In this document: positions 31,313 to 40,701 of the stretch, one piece after another
Layout of the letters: every line of letters begins with the position of its first letter
How positions within the stretch are numbered: position 1 is the first letter of the stretch
Assembly: GCA_963665295.1 (NCBI GenBank)
Contig: OY762209.1
Span: 2,080,001 to 2,144,000, forward strand
Origin: Syntrophorhabdaceae bacterium
Lineage (GTDB): Bacteria; Desulfobacterota; Syntrophorhabdia; Syntrophorhabdales; Syntrophorhabdaceae
Length of the DNA stretch: 64,000 nt
Direction: 5' to 3'
Position numbers and translations under genes: made by a program
The notes under the pieces: model-generated
Database searches by the model: none
Told to the model about the DNA's origin: nothing
What the model saw: the letters and a program-made list of their open reading frames with translations, nothing else

Positions 31313-31783
31313 ATGATGGAAGATGGCAAGATACTGCAACTGGTGACATTCAAGCTGGAAAGCGAGGAATTCGGCGTCGATATCCTGAAGGTCCAGGAGA
31401 TCAACCGGATGATGAATATTACAAGGATACCCAATGCCCCCACCTTTATAGAGGGTGTCATAAACCTGCGCGGGAAGATTATACCCATCGTGGACCTGAG
31501 GAAGAGGCTCGGGTTCAGGAACGGGAGCTTTGACAAGGCCACACGAATAATAGTTGTGGAGCTCGACGGACTTGTTCTCGGCTTCATCGTGGACTCCGTG
31601 TCGGAAGTGCTCCGGATACCGGGGAACACGATAGAACCGCCTCCGTCAATTGTGGCGGGTATTGAATCGGAGTATATCGAGGGAGTGGGGAAACTCGACA
31701 ACAGGCTTCTCATACTTCTCGAACTGAAGAAGGTGTTCTCATCTCCGGACAGAAAAGAGCTTGAGAATATTGAAAACAATTAA
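31313..31783 (+). CDS. cheW: Coupling protein CheW (second copy)
   Basis: QLVTFKL, GVINLRGKIIPIVD, GFIVDSVSEV; AAGGAGG RBS. Confidence 0.95.
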   Translation: MMEDGKILQLVTFKLESEEFGVDILKVQEINRMMNITRIPNAPTFIEGVINLRGKIIPIVDLRKRLGFRNGSFDKATRIIVVELDGLVLGFIVDSVSEVLRIPGNTIEPPPSIVAGIESEYIEGVGKLDNRLLILLELKKVFSSPDRKELENIENN

Positions 31784-31801
31784 ATTAAAGGACAGGACGG
31801 G

Positions 31802-32026
31802 ATGGGCGACACCTTCGATACGAATTTACTCAGCCAGGTGACGGCGCTGAGCGGAAAATTGTCCGTTTCCAGGGAGCGTGTCAGCCTGTTCCGGAAGGCC
31901 AGGGAGAACGAACATAAGAAAGGCGGCCCTTCTTCAAAGGCTCAGCCGCCCGAGGAGCAGCCTGCCGAGGCTGATCATCCCCGCCGGGACGGGCCCGAGG
32001 AGGGCAAAATAGACATAACCATATGA
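31802..32026 (+). CDS. Small hypothetical protein (74 aa)
   Basis: Follows cheW with an RBS-like AGGA; low-complexity body ending GKIDITI. Confidence 0.55.
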   Translation: MGDTFDTNLLSQVTALSGKLSVSRERVSLFRKARENEHKKGGPSSKAQPPEEQPAEADHPRRDGPEEGKIDITI

Positions 32027-32111
32027 AAAGTTTGCCCACATAGGAAAATTTTTCCCCCCTTCGCGGACGTCATTTTTTCAGCCCCCATTGATATTTCAAG
32101 GAAACCGGTAG

Positions 32112-32127
32112 TGGCATAAGGATTGCA
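32112..32127 (+). promoter_or_regulatory. Sigma54 promoter of the flgF operon
   Basis: TGGCAT-AAGGA-TTGCA, 24 bp before ATG 32151. Confidence 0.85.
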
Positions 32128-32150
32128 CCATATTGTGCCATGAGGTCGCC

Positions 32151-32879
32151 ATGCTAAATAGCTCATTTATCACGTTACCGGGAAAATATGTTCTTGAGAG
32201 GAAGATGGAAGCCATCACCAACAATCTCGCCAACGCATCCACGGCAGGATACAAATCCTCCAGACCCTCGTTTTCAATCTCCTCCACGGAGACGGCCACG
32301 ACCGAGGGCGGTGGACCTTCCCTCCCTCAGACGACCTTCACGAACCTCGACTTTCATATCCATTTTGACGAGGCACCCCTCGTACAGACAGGAAACGGCC
32401 TTGATGTAGCGATCCAGGGAAGCGGGTTCTTCGTCGTGTCAACGGAAGACGGGGTCGTCTATACGCGGAATGGGCAGTTTACCCTTAATAAAGACAAAAA
32501 ACTCGTAACCATGGATGGAAGCCCGGTGATGGGTCAGTCCGGAGAGATTACCCTGGACGGCAAAGAGATCGTGATCGAGGGCAACGGGTCGGTATACCTG
32601 GACAAGCGGGTAGTGGGGACATTGAAGATAGTGGACTTCAAGGACAAGACGACCTTGAGGAACCAGGGGAAAAGCTGCTTTGTGAATACGGATCCCGACA
32701 ACGGGGAGACCAGCGCCGGTAAGTTTGTGCTCAAGAGCGGGTTCTATGAGACTTCCAACGTGAACGTGATGGGTGAAATGGTTGAGATGATGTCTGCCAT
32801 GAGGGCTTACGAGTCGTACACCAAAGTGGAACAGGCTTTGAACGACGTAATGACCAAACTGGTAGATATCGCTAGATAG
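32151..32879 (+). CDS. flgF: Flagellar basal-body rod protein FlgF
   Basis: NNLANASTAGYK, YTRNGQF, ETSNVN; first gene before flgG. Confidence 0.9.
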   Translation: MLNSSFITLPGKYVLERKMEAITNNLANASTAGYKSSRPSFSISSTETATTEGGGPSLPQTTFTNLDFHIHFDEAPLVQTGNGLDVAIQGSGFFVVSTEDGVVYTRNGQFTLNKDKKLVTMDGSPVMGQSGEITLDGKEIVIEGNGSVYLDKRVVGTLKIVDFKDKTTLRNQGKSCFVNTDPDNGETSAGKFVLKSGFYETSNVNVMGEMVEMMSAMRAYESYTKVEQALNDVMTKLVDIAR

Positions 32880-32888
32880 GAGGATTTT

Positions 32889-33677
32889 ATGATAAGGGCA
32901 TTGTGGACTGCCGGAACCGGCATGAATGTGCAGCAGACAAACCTTGATGTGATCGCCAACAACATCGCCAACATCAACACCACGGGTTTCAAGAAGGGCA
33001 GGGCGGACTTCCAGGACCTCATGTACCAGACCGTGCGGCTTCAGGGGACAAAGAACGACGGCGGCAACCAGGTGCCCACGGGCATTCAGATAGGCCACGG
33101 AGCTATACTCGCGGCAGTGCAAAAGGTATTCATCCAGGGCGATTTTCAGCAGACCGACAATGAAACGGACCTGGCCATCGAAGGTATGGGCTTTATCCAG
33201 GTCACCATGCCCGACGGCACACTTGCGTACACCCGGGCCGGTACATTCAAAAAGGACTCGGAAGGGAGGCTCTGCACCTCCGACGGCTATCTCGTGACGC
33301 CCAACATCACTATCCCCAACAATGCCATCAAGACCTCCATAGGCTCGGATGGGACCGTATCGGTCCAGGTGCAGGGGCAATCCGCCCTTTCCCAGATCGG
33401 CAAGATCGAGCTCGCGTCCTTTCCCAACCCCACAGGTTTGACCTCCATTGGAAAGAGCTTCTACCAGCAGACGGACGCAAGTGGTTCTCCCGTGCTCGCA
33501 ACTCCGGGAACAAACGGCATGGGTACTCTCCTTCAGGGCTATCTCGAGCAGTCCAACGTCAACATCATGCAGGAGATGGTCAACCTTATCATAGGGCAGA
33601 GGGCATACGAAGTGAACTCCAAGGCCATACAGGCCGCCGACGAGATGCTGCAACTTGCGAACAATGTGAGGAAATAA
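32889..33677 (+). CDS. flgG: Flagellar distal rod protein FlgG
   Basis: MIRALWTAGTGM, FQDLMYQ, LEQSNV, QRAYEVNSK. Confidence 0.96.
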   Translation: MIRALWTAGTGMNVQQTNLDVIANNIANINTTGFKKGRADFQDLMYQTVRLQGTKNDGGNQVPTGIQIGHGAILAAVQKVFIQGDFQQTDNETDLAIEGMGFIQVTMPDGTLAYTRAGTFKKDSEGRLCTSDGYLVTPNITIPNNAIKTSIGSDGTVSVQVQGQSALSQIGKIELASFPNPTGLTSIGKSFYQQTDASGSPVLATPGTNGMGTLLQGYLEQSNVNIMQEMVNLIIGQRAYEVNSKAIQAADEMLQLANNVRK

Positions 33678-34456
33678 TGTCCGTGAAAAGCGCGGGACAC
33701 AAGATGAGTGAGCCGGAGCGGGTAACCGGAATGAATATGGACAGGGTGGGGAGTGTTATGCTCTCCGCCTGTTCCATCCTTTGCGTAGCTCTTCTCCTCT
33801 TCCCTCTCATTGCCTCTGCCGCCCCGGCGTCCACGGAAGACAGGTCCCTGGTTGAAAAAAAGCTCACCAGTTTCATAAAGGAGTTCTACCAGGAAGACAC
33901 GGACATTCAGGTGAAATTCAACAACATACCCGAATCCCTGAAAGGAAAGGCGAAGGTGAGGGGCATAAACTTCTCCAAGGTGCCTGACGCACAGGGCGAC
34001 GGCGTATGTCTCGTCGAGTTCGATATGAAGGAATCGAGAGAGCGGAACGCTTACGTGGCGTTCAAGGTCTACAAGAAGAGACAACTTTTTGTGCTGAAGC
34101 AGGGAGGCAAAAGAGGCAACGTCGTTACCGATGCCGACGTGGCGGAAAAAGAGGCATTCCTCACGGGAATGACCGCGTATCCTGCCTCACGCGGGGAAGT
34201 AATCGGCAAGAGACTGAGAAGGGACCTCCCGGCCGGCACCGTACTCACTCCCCAGGCCATCGAAGACCCGATCCTCATCCAGACCGGTGAAGTGGTGCAT
34301 ATTATCGCGGAGAACCCGAGACTGGTAATTCACACGAACGGCAAGGCGCTGGACAGGGGGAGAATGGGCGAGACGATAAGGGTGAAGAACCTGAACTCCG
34401 GCAAGGAAATACTCGGCAAGGTGACGGGGGGCAATACCGTCACCGTCGAATTTTAG
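33677..34456 (+). CDS. flgA: P-ring formation chaperone FlgA
   Basis: Hydrophobic signal region, SAF domain, GKALDRGRMGETIRVKNLNSGK; start uncertain. Confidence 0.9.
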   Translation: MSVKSAGHKMSEPERVTGMNMDRVGSVMLSACSILCVALLLFPLIASAAPASTEDRSLVEKKLTSFIKEFYQEDTDIQVKFNNIPESLKGKAKVRGINFSKVPDAQGDGVCLVEFDMKESRERNAYVAFKVYKKRQLFVLKQGGKRGNVVTDADVAEKEAFLTGMTAYPASRGEVIGKRLRRDLPAGTVLTPQAIEDPILIQTGEVVHIIAENPRLVIHTNGKALDRGRMGETIRVKNLNSGKEILGKVTGGNTVTVEF

Positions 34457-34465
34457 GAGCGGACC

Positions 34466-35173
34466 GTGAAAACAGCATCTTTGACAATTGTTGCGCTTTT
34501 CTCGTTGGCAGCCTGCAATACGGTGGCGCAGATGGAAATGTCCAAGATCAAGAACGAACCCTTCGTCGTCGACAATACGTACAAATACGCACGGCCCACA
34601 ACGGGAAAAAACATGGGAACCATATGGAAGGGTGAGCAGGTGTCCAATACCTTCTATGTGGACCAGAGGGCAAAGAGCATAGGCGATATCATTACCGTCA
34701 ACATCATAGAGGTGTCCCAGGCGTCGGAGGCCGCGACAACGGACCTCACCAAGAAGTCGACGACCCACGCGGGCATCCCCAACTTCTTCGGTTGGGAGAC
34801 GAAGTACGTGAACACCCATCCCTACATAGACCCGAGCAACCTCATAAACGCCAATACACAGAACGATTTCTCCGGTTCCGGGAATACCACGAGGGGCGGC
34901 TCCCTGACGGCCACCATCTCGGCGAAGGTGGTGGATGTGCTGCCGAGCGGCAACCTCGCCATAGAAGGCAAAAGAGAGATATACATCAACAATGAAAAGA
35001 AGGAAATATTGCTCCAGGGCGTTGTGAGGCCCAGGGACATAGCTTATGACAACTCGGTCCTTTCCACCCAGGTTGCCGATGCCAAGATGATCTATACGGG
35101 CATCGGGGTCGTGGGCGACAAACAGAGGCCGGGATGGCTCGCACGGGTACTGGATCTGGTATGGCCATTCTGA
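34466..35173 (+). CDS. flgH: Flagellar L-ring lipoprotein FlgH
   Basis: Lipobox LAAC, DQRAKSIGDIITV, GVVRPRDI, C-terminal WPF. Confidence 0.95.
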   Translation: MKTASLTIVALFSLAACNTVAQMEMSKIKNEPFVVDNTYKYARPTTGKNMGTIWKGEQVSNTFYVDQRAKSIGDIITVNIIEVSQASEAATTDLTKKSTTHAGIPNFFGWETKYVNTHPYIDPSNLINANTQNDFSGSGNTTRGGSLTATISAKVVDVLPSGNLAIEGKREIYINNEKKEILLQGVVRPRDIAYDNSVLSTQVADAKMIYTGIGVVGDKQRPGWLARVLDLVWPF

Positions 35174-36351
35174 TGAAGGGAGACAGGATGATACGGAGAG
35201 TGAAAGAAGGGAAGGGTAATCAGGCTCCCATGCCCGGCAGGCGCCACGCGATGCGTCCGGCGTTGACCGTTGCCCTTTGCGCTCTCCTTTTTCTCGTCCT
35301 GTCCGTTCCTCCGTCCCATGGGGCGAGGATAAAAGATATAGGCTCCATACAAGGGGTCAGGACAAACCAGTTGATAGGTTACGGGCTTGTCATCGGTCTC
35401 AAGGGAACGGGCGACAAGGTCCAGACGATTTTTACCACCCAGTCCCTTGCCAACATGCTCGAAAAAATGGGGATCAGGGTTGACCCCACCCAGACCAAGG
35501 TGAAGAATATCGCGGCCGTCGTGGTGACGGCAGACTTGCCCCCCTTTGCGAAAGCGGGGAACAAGGTTGACGTGGTAGTCTCTTCAATCGGGGATGCGAC
35601 CAGTATAGAAGGCGGCGTCCTCCTTCTCACACCCCTTAAAGGGGCTGACGGTGAGATATACGGTGTGGTTCAGGGACCGATAGTAGTCGGAGGCTTTCTC
35701 GCGAGCGGACAAGGGGCGTCGGTTACGAAGAACCATCCTACGGTAGGCAGAATCGCCAATGGCATGATCGTGGAGAAGGAGTTGAACTACGGAGACTATA
35801 AACCCGAGTCGATCCTTATCTCCCTCAAGGCTCCTGATTTTACCAATACCCGGCGGGTGGTGGAGCGCATAAACAGCGTGTTCGAAGGGGCTGCAACCGC
35901 GAAAGACGGCGGCACCATAACGGTTACTACCCCGGAGGAATTGAAGTCGGACCCCGTGAAGTTTGTGTCCATCGTGGAAAACCTTCAGATCAAGCCGGAC
36001 GCGCAGGCGAAGATCGTGGTGGATGAAAAGAACGGCACGGTGGTGATAGGAGAGAACGTCACTATCGCCACAGTCGCCATCGCCCATGGAAACATAAGCG
36101 TCCAGATCAAGGAAGATCCCAAGGTGAGCCAGCCCATGCCCTTCTCCGGCGGGCGCACCGTTGTCACCCCCAATACGAAGATTAAAGTCGAAGAAGAGAA
36201 GGCCAAGTTTGTGGTCGTGGAAGGCGGAGTTACCATACGGGAACTGGTGAAGGCCCTGAACGCCATCGGCGTTTCCCCGAGGGATATGATCACCATTCTG
36301 CAGACCATAAAGGCGGCGGGGGCATTACATGCCGAACTGGAGGTAATCTGA
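35173..36351 (+). CDS. flgI: Flagellar P-ring protein FlgI
   Basis: RIKDI..GVRTNQLIGYGLVIGL, AGALHAEL; start uncertain (35173, 35188 or 35251). Confidence 0.96.
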   Translation: MKGDRMIRRVKEGKGNQAPMPGRRHAMRPALTVALCALLFLVLSVPPSHGARIKDIGSIQGVRTNQLIGYGLVIGLKGTGDKVQTIFTTQSLANMLEKMGIRVDPTQTKVKNIAAVVVTADLPPFAKAGNKVDVVVSSIGDATSIEGGVLLLTPLKGADGEIYGVVQGPIVVGGFLASGQGASVTKNHPTVGRIANGMIVEKELNYGDYKPESILISLKAPDFTNTRRVVERINSVFEGAATAKDGGTITVTTPEELKSDPVKFVSIVENLQIKPDAQAKIVVDEKNGTVVIGENVTIATVAIAHGNISVQIKEDPKVSQPMPFSGGRTVVTPNTKIKVEEEKAKFVVVEGGVTIRELVKALNAIGVSPRDMITILQTIKAAGALHAELEVI

Positions 36352-36680
36352 TGAAGATTTTTGCTGATAAGGTCCCTTCTTACGACGAACTGGCGAAGGC
36401 GAAGGATTCAAAGAGCCTTGCGAAGATCGGCGAGGATTTCGAGGCCTTCTTCCTCACATCCATGCTGAAGGACCTCGACAAAACCGCCCACCTGTCGAAG
36501 AAGAGCTACCGGGAAGAGACGACCATGGCCATAATGTATGAGAAACTCGGTGGCTATCTCGCCAAGAAAGGGGTAGGCGTAAAAGAGATGCTGCTGAAAT
36601 ATATGGGAGACGCGGAAAACCCTAAAGTTTCGGAAAACCCTAAAGTTTCCGGCGAAACAGGCGATAATAGGGATGAGTAG
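36351..36680 (+). CDS. flgJ: Short FlgJ (rod-binding domain only, no muramidase domain)
   Basis: EDFEAFFLTSMLKDL rod-binding motif; 109 aa; between flgI and flgM. Confidence 0.8.
   Translation: MKIFADKVPSYDELAKAKDSKSLAKIGEDFEAFFLTSMLKDLDKTAHLSKKSYREETTMAIMYEKLGGYLAKKGVGVKEMLLKYMGDAENPKVSENPKVSGETGDNRDE
36613..36648 (+). repeat. Perfect 18-bp tandem duplication (2 copies)
   Basis: CGGAAAACCCTAAAGTTT at 36613-36630 and 36631-36648; encodes ENPKVS twice. Confidence 0.95.
36641..36667 (+). promoter_or_regulatory. Sigma28 promoter of flgM, inside the flgJ 3' end
   Basis: TAAAGTTT-N11-GGCGATAA, near-perfect FliA consensus. Confidence 0.85.
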
Positions 36681-36695
36681 AAGAGGAGGTGGATT

Positions 36696-37001
36696 ATGAA
36701 AGTACAAAATGACAATACAACCAATGTACTCGACAGTCTCGTCAGGTCCGCGCAGGTCAAGTCCTCGAAAGATACGGGGGCGAGCGCGAAGGTGGATGGA
36801 AGCGCTACTGATACGGTCGAATTATCGAGCAGAAAGGAAGAGATCCAGAGGATCAAGGACAGGGTGATGGCCGCTCCGGAAATGAGGCAGGACAAAGTGG
36901 AAAAGGTCCAGGGGGAGCTGAGCGCCCAGACGTACAACGTGAAAGGCGAATTGGTCGCAAGAAGCATTGTGAAGAGTCAACTTTTGGATGAGATATTATA
37001 G
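36696..37001 (+). CDS. flgM: Anti-sigma28 factor FlgM
   Basis: DTVELS, PEMRQDKVEKV, YNVKGELVA. Confidence 0.9.
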   Translation: MKVQNDNTTNVLDSLVRSAQVKSSKDTGASAKVDGSATDTVELSSRKEEIQRIKDRVMAAPEMRQDKVEKVQGELSAQTYNVKGELVARSIVKSQLLDEIL

Positions 37002-37003
37002 CC

Positions 37004-37438
37004 ATGAAAGATGAACTGATCTTCGAGATAACGCAAAAAGAGCTGGGCCTTCTGAAGGAGTTTTCGAAGGTCTTGAGAGGCGAGCGGGACGCGATCATCT
37101 CTTTTTCCCTGGAAGGCATCGTGTGTGAGAACAACCGCAAGGAAGAGATACTGAAAAGACTTGAATTTCTGAAGCAGGAGAAGGGGAACCTTTTGCGGGA
37201 CCCCATCGATCCGGAGACGACCGTAGGCGGCAGGACATGGAAGTCCCTGTGCGGAGAGGTTAACCAGGCCATAAAAGAGGTGAGGAGCGGTATCGACAAG
37301 AACATGAAGCTCCTTTCGTTCTCCATGGATCACGTGAAGTCATCTATAGAGAACATCGTGGGACTTCTGAACAGGTCCGCATATGGGAACAACAAGATGG
37401 AGAAAAGGGTCTCTTTCGTTCTCTCCAGGAGTGCTTGA
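37004..37438 (+). CDS. flgN: Flagellar export chaperone FlgN
   Basis: Helical protein between flgM and flgK; ERDAI and N..LL motifs. Confidence 0.8.
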   Translation: MKDELIFEITQKELGLLKEFSKVLRGERDAIISFSLEGIVCENNRKEEILKRLEFLKQEKGNLLRDPIDPETTVGGRTWKSLCGEVNQAIKEVRSGIDKNMKLLSFSMDHVKSSIENIVGLLNRSAYGNNKMEKRVSFVLSRSA

Positions 37439-39157
37439 GTGAGCATTTACTCAATACTCAACGTCGCCAGAGGGGCGCTCGCTGCAACCCAGACGGCCAT
37501 GCAGGTCACGTCCAATAATATTGCGAACGTGAATACCGCGGGCTATGCGCGCCAGGAGGCGGTCCTCGAAGAGGCCCGGCCTACGCCTTCCCCCGCGGGG
37601 CTCATGGGCGACGGAGTAACGGTAAAGACCATCAAGAGGTTCTACGACAAGTACCTTGAAAGCTCAATACGGACCAAAAATTCCGATGCAGAGGGAAACT
37701 CGGTTCTTTCCACGTATCTCGACCGGATCCAGCAGTTCCTCAATGAGGACAATTCTCATCTTGCAGGTAACATAACCACCTATTTCAACGATTGGCAGAG
37801 CCTTTCGACGGACCCGCAGAACACGGGAATGAAACAGACCATCGTATCTCAGGGGCAAACGCTCGCCCAGTCGATCCAGACCCTGTACTCGAACCTGAAA
37901 GACCTCCAGAGCGAGCTCAACGACCAGGTGAATTCGGAGGTGGACAGCGCCAACACGATCCTCGCCTCCATCGCAACCCTGAACACCCAGATCATCGAGA
38001 ACGGAGCGGATCAGGCCTCCACGAACATCTATCAGGACCAGAAGACGTCCCTCCTGAACGAACTTTCGAAGAAGTTGAGCATCCAGACCTTCGATGACAA
38101 GTATGGAAGGACCACGGTCCTCACGGCAGGAGGCAAACCTCTCGTGGAAGACGGGAGCGCATTGAAGTTCACCATTGTCCCCGGGGCGACCACCGGCTAC
38201 TCGAAAGTAGGATTGGAGGATAGCAGCGGAACCATAACCGACATTACATCCGACCTCGGGGGAGGCAAATTCAAGGCCCTCATCGATACCCGTGATACCT
38301 ACGTGGTAGGGTTTCTCGACGATCTCGACACTATGTCCGCCGCCCTTATCGATAACACGAAATGGACGGCCCAGATAGGCGGATTTATTACGGGCACCAG
38401 TTTCTTTCAGGGTACGGGCGCCGCGGATATCGCCGTCACGGACAGCCTTGTGGCCGATCCGACGAGCTTCAGCGCTTCCTCGGACCCCACCGGCAAACCA
38501 TCGGATAACGATATCGCGGTAAGGATCGCCGCCCTTGTCGAGAAGACCCTGATCGGGTCGCAGCAACTCGTTCACGCCTCCGGGTCCGATGCCCTGAGCA
38601 ATACCTACTCCAGCGCAGGCACGGCCATGACTTCCCTGCTGGGACTCAGCTCCGCCTGGAGCGGCACAATCCAGATCAAAGGAACCGACGGTGTGGCGAA
38701 GAGCGTGTCCATAGACCTTTCCCAGGATACGCTGACCCAGATCCGGGACAAGATAAACAATGCAGCCCCCACGGGTGTAACCGCGTCCCTCGCGACCACC
38801 ACCACAAACGGCGTCACCAGTTACCAACTCAAACTCACGAACGTGGATGCCACGGACCTTACGGACCAGAACGGCGTGCTCCAGACCCTCGGCCTGGTTA
38901 CCGGTACCACGACCCTCACGGACTTTGCTTCGTCCATGGTGAGCAATGCGGGTCAGCTTGCTCAGGACGCCGAGAATGCGGCCCAGACCAGCAGCGACAG
39001 TGCGGCGGTGTTGACGGCTCAGAGGGAGGGCGTGTCGGGGGTGTCCATCGATGAGGAGATGGCAAACCTCATAAAGTACCAGTATGCCTATCAAGCGAGT
39101 GCCAAGCTCTTCAGCATTGCCGATGAGCTTCTTCAATCTCTCCTGGCGGTGACATGA
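37439..39157 (+). CDS. flgK: Hook-associated protein FlgK
   Basis: SNNIANVNTAGYARQ; SGVSIDEEMANLIKYQYAYQASAK. Confidence 0.95.
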   Translation: MSIYSILNVARGALAATQTAMQVTSNNIANVNTAGYARQEAVLEEARPTPSPAGLMGDGVTVKTIKRFYDKYLESSIRTKNSDAEGNSVLSTYLDRIQQFLNEDNSHLAGNITTYFNDWQSLSTDPQNTGMKQTIVSQGQTLAQSIQTLYSNLKDLQSELNDQVNSEVDSANTILASIATLNTQIIENGADQASTNIYQDQKTSLLNELSKKLSIQTFDDKYGRTTVLTAGGKPLVEDGSALKFTIVPGATTGYSKVGLEDSSGTITDITSDLGGGKFKALIDTRDTYVVGFLDDLDTMSAALIDNTKWTAQIGGFITGTSFFQGTGAADIAVTDSLVADPTSFSASSDPTGKPSDNDIAVRIAALVEKTLIGSQQLVHASGSDALSNTYSSAGTAMTSLLGLSSAWSGTIQIKGTDGVAKSVSIDLSQDTLTQIRDKINNAAPTGVTASLATTTTNGVTSYQLKLTNVDATDLTDQNGVLQTLGLVTGTTTLTDFASSMVSNAGQLAQDAENAAQTSSDSAAVLTAQREGVSGVSIDEEMANLIKYQYAYQASAKLFSIADELLQSLLAVT

Positions 39158-40071
39158 TGAGAGTTTCCGATAATTACAGGTTTGAATTCTTCAAGGCCAG
39201 CGTCCAGGCCCTCAAGGGTAAACTGGATAGGAATCAGGAGAAGATATCCTCCCAAAAGGAGATCCTCGCCCCCAGCGACGATCCCGTGGGAACCGCGCAG
39301 TACATTCAGTTGCAGACCCAGCAGGATAAGAATACCCAGTATGTGAAGAACCTTGAGCGTCTTACCACGCTTTCGGGGATGTATGAGACATCGATCAACA
39401 GCGTCTCCGACGTTCTGACGGCAGCGAAGCAGCTCGCGGTCACCATGTCATCCGATACGGTGACCAAGGAAAACAGGGCCGCCGCAGTGTCGGAAGTGGA
39501 GGGCATGATCGAACAGCTCGCATCCCTGGGCAACACAAAGGTGGGTGGAACCTATATTTTCGGCGGAAAGAAGACAGATACCGCCCCTTACGCGGTGAAT
39601 ACGACCGTGGACCCGTCGGACGGCAACTATTATTCCGTCTCCTTTTCCGGGACGAGCGATGTGCCTTCCGTCAATATCTCGAGCGGTCAGACGGAGAAGC
39701 TGGGTATGTCGGGCGATACCGTGTTCGGCTCCGGCGCCTCCAGCATCTTTACAGCTCTCAAGGGCCTCAGGGACGGGCTTGCGAGCAACAACACGACTGC
39801 CATCAAGAACTCCATGACTACCATCGACGCGGGGGTGGACCTCACCGCAAACAACCTGTCTTCCATAGGCGCCTTTACTCAGAAGATTTCGAACCTGTCC
39901 CAGGTTACCACGGATAACACCACACAATTGAAAACGACCGCTTCCAAAATCATGGACGTGGATATGATCTCGGCCCTTACCGACTATAACCTGCTCACCA
40001 CCGCCTATGAGACGGCGCTCAGCGTCATGGGGAAGATGCAGGCGATGAACATCCTTAACTACATTAAATAG
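39154..40071 (+). CDS. flgL: Hook-associated protein FlgL
   Basis: PSDDPVG, YIFGG, C-terminal NILNYI. Confidence 0.93.
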   Translation: MMRVSDNYRFEFFKASVQALKGKLDRNQEKISSQKEILAPSDDPVGTAQYIQLQTQQDKNTQYVKNLERLTTLSGMYETSINSVSDVLTAAKQLAVTMSSDTVTKENRAAAVSEVEGMIEQLASLGNTKVGGTYIFGGKKTDTAPYAVNTTVDPSDGNYYSVSFSGTSDVPSVNISSGQTEKLGMSGDTVFGSGASSIFTALKGLRDGLASNNTTAIKNSMTTIDAGVDLTANNLSSIGAFTQKISNLSQVTTDNTTQLKTTASKIMDVDMISALTDYNLLTTAYETALSVMGKMQAMNILNYIK

Positions 40072-40077
40072 GAGACT

Positions 40078-40314
40078 ATGCTCGTCCTCTCGCGAAAAAA
40101 GAACGAAGGCATCATCATCAAAGGTAAAGAGGGAGACATACGCATCGTGGTGATCGAGGTGGACAAGGGAAAGGTAAGGCTTGGCATAGAAGCGCCGAAA
40201 GGCTGCGGTATTATCAGAGAGGAATTATTCTTCGAGGTGGAAGGGGCGAATAAGTTGTCCGCCCTCGAAAATATGGAAAAAATAAAGAAATTTCTAGGGG
40301 ATCACAGTGGGTGA
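40078..40314 (+). CDS. csrA: Carbon storage regulator CsrA
   Basis: MLVLSRKKNE, VRLGIEAPK, IREEL. Confidence 0.95.
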   Translation: MLVLSRKKNEGIIIKGKEGDIRIVVIEVDKGKVRLGIEAPKGCGIIREELFFEVEGANKLSALENMEKIKKFLGDHSG

Positions 40315-40696
40315 GGTCAGATTGAAAGGAAAGATCATCGGTTTCGAGGAGTGTATGTATTACGTGATGGAGAACCCCGTCGGCGAAGGGTCGCCCTTCA
40401 GGCTTCTTTCCTGCACTGAAGCCCCCGTGAACTTCGTGGTGGTGAATCCGTACCACGTGGTTGAGGACTACTCCTTCGAGATCGAGGACAGCGTGTTGAA
40501 CGGTCTCTTCCAGGGTGATAATTACATGGAGGATATCGCGGTGCTCTGTGTGGTGAGGGCGGATGATAATTCGCTCTATGTGAACCTGAGATCACCCCTT
40601 ATTGTAAACACAAGAACGGGCACTTTCGTGCAGACCATCCTGCCCAACGAGACCTACGGGGTGTCGGTACCCTTCACCGTAAGAAAAGCGGTCTGA
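40307..40696 (+). CDS. fliW: Flagellar assembly factor FliW
   Basis: IIGFE, FVVVNP, VNLRSPLIVN; adjacent to csrA. Confidence 0.9.
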   Translation: MGEVRLKGKIIGFEECMYYVMENPVGEGSPFRLLSCTEAPVNFVVVNPYHVVEDYSFEIEDSVLNGLFQGDNYMEDIAVLCVVRADDNSLYVNLRSPLIVNTRTGTFVQTILPNETYGVSVPFTVRKAV

Positions 40697-40701
40697 CATC
40701 A

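Noticed and set aside
32125..32140. Reverse-strand TGGCAC...GC overlapping the flgF promoter
   Set aside because: GG-GC spacing is 11 rather than 10, and no gene lies directly downstream on that strand
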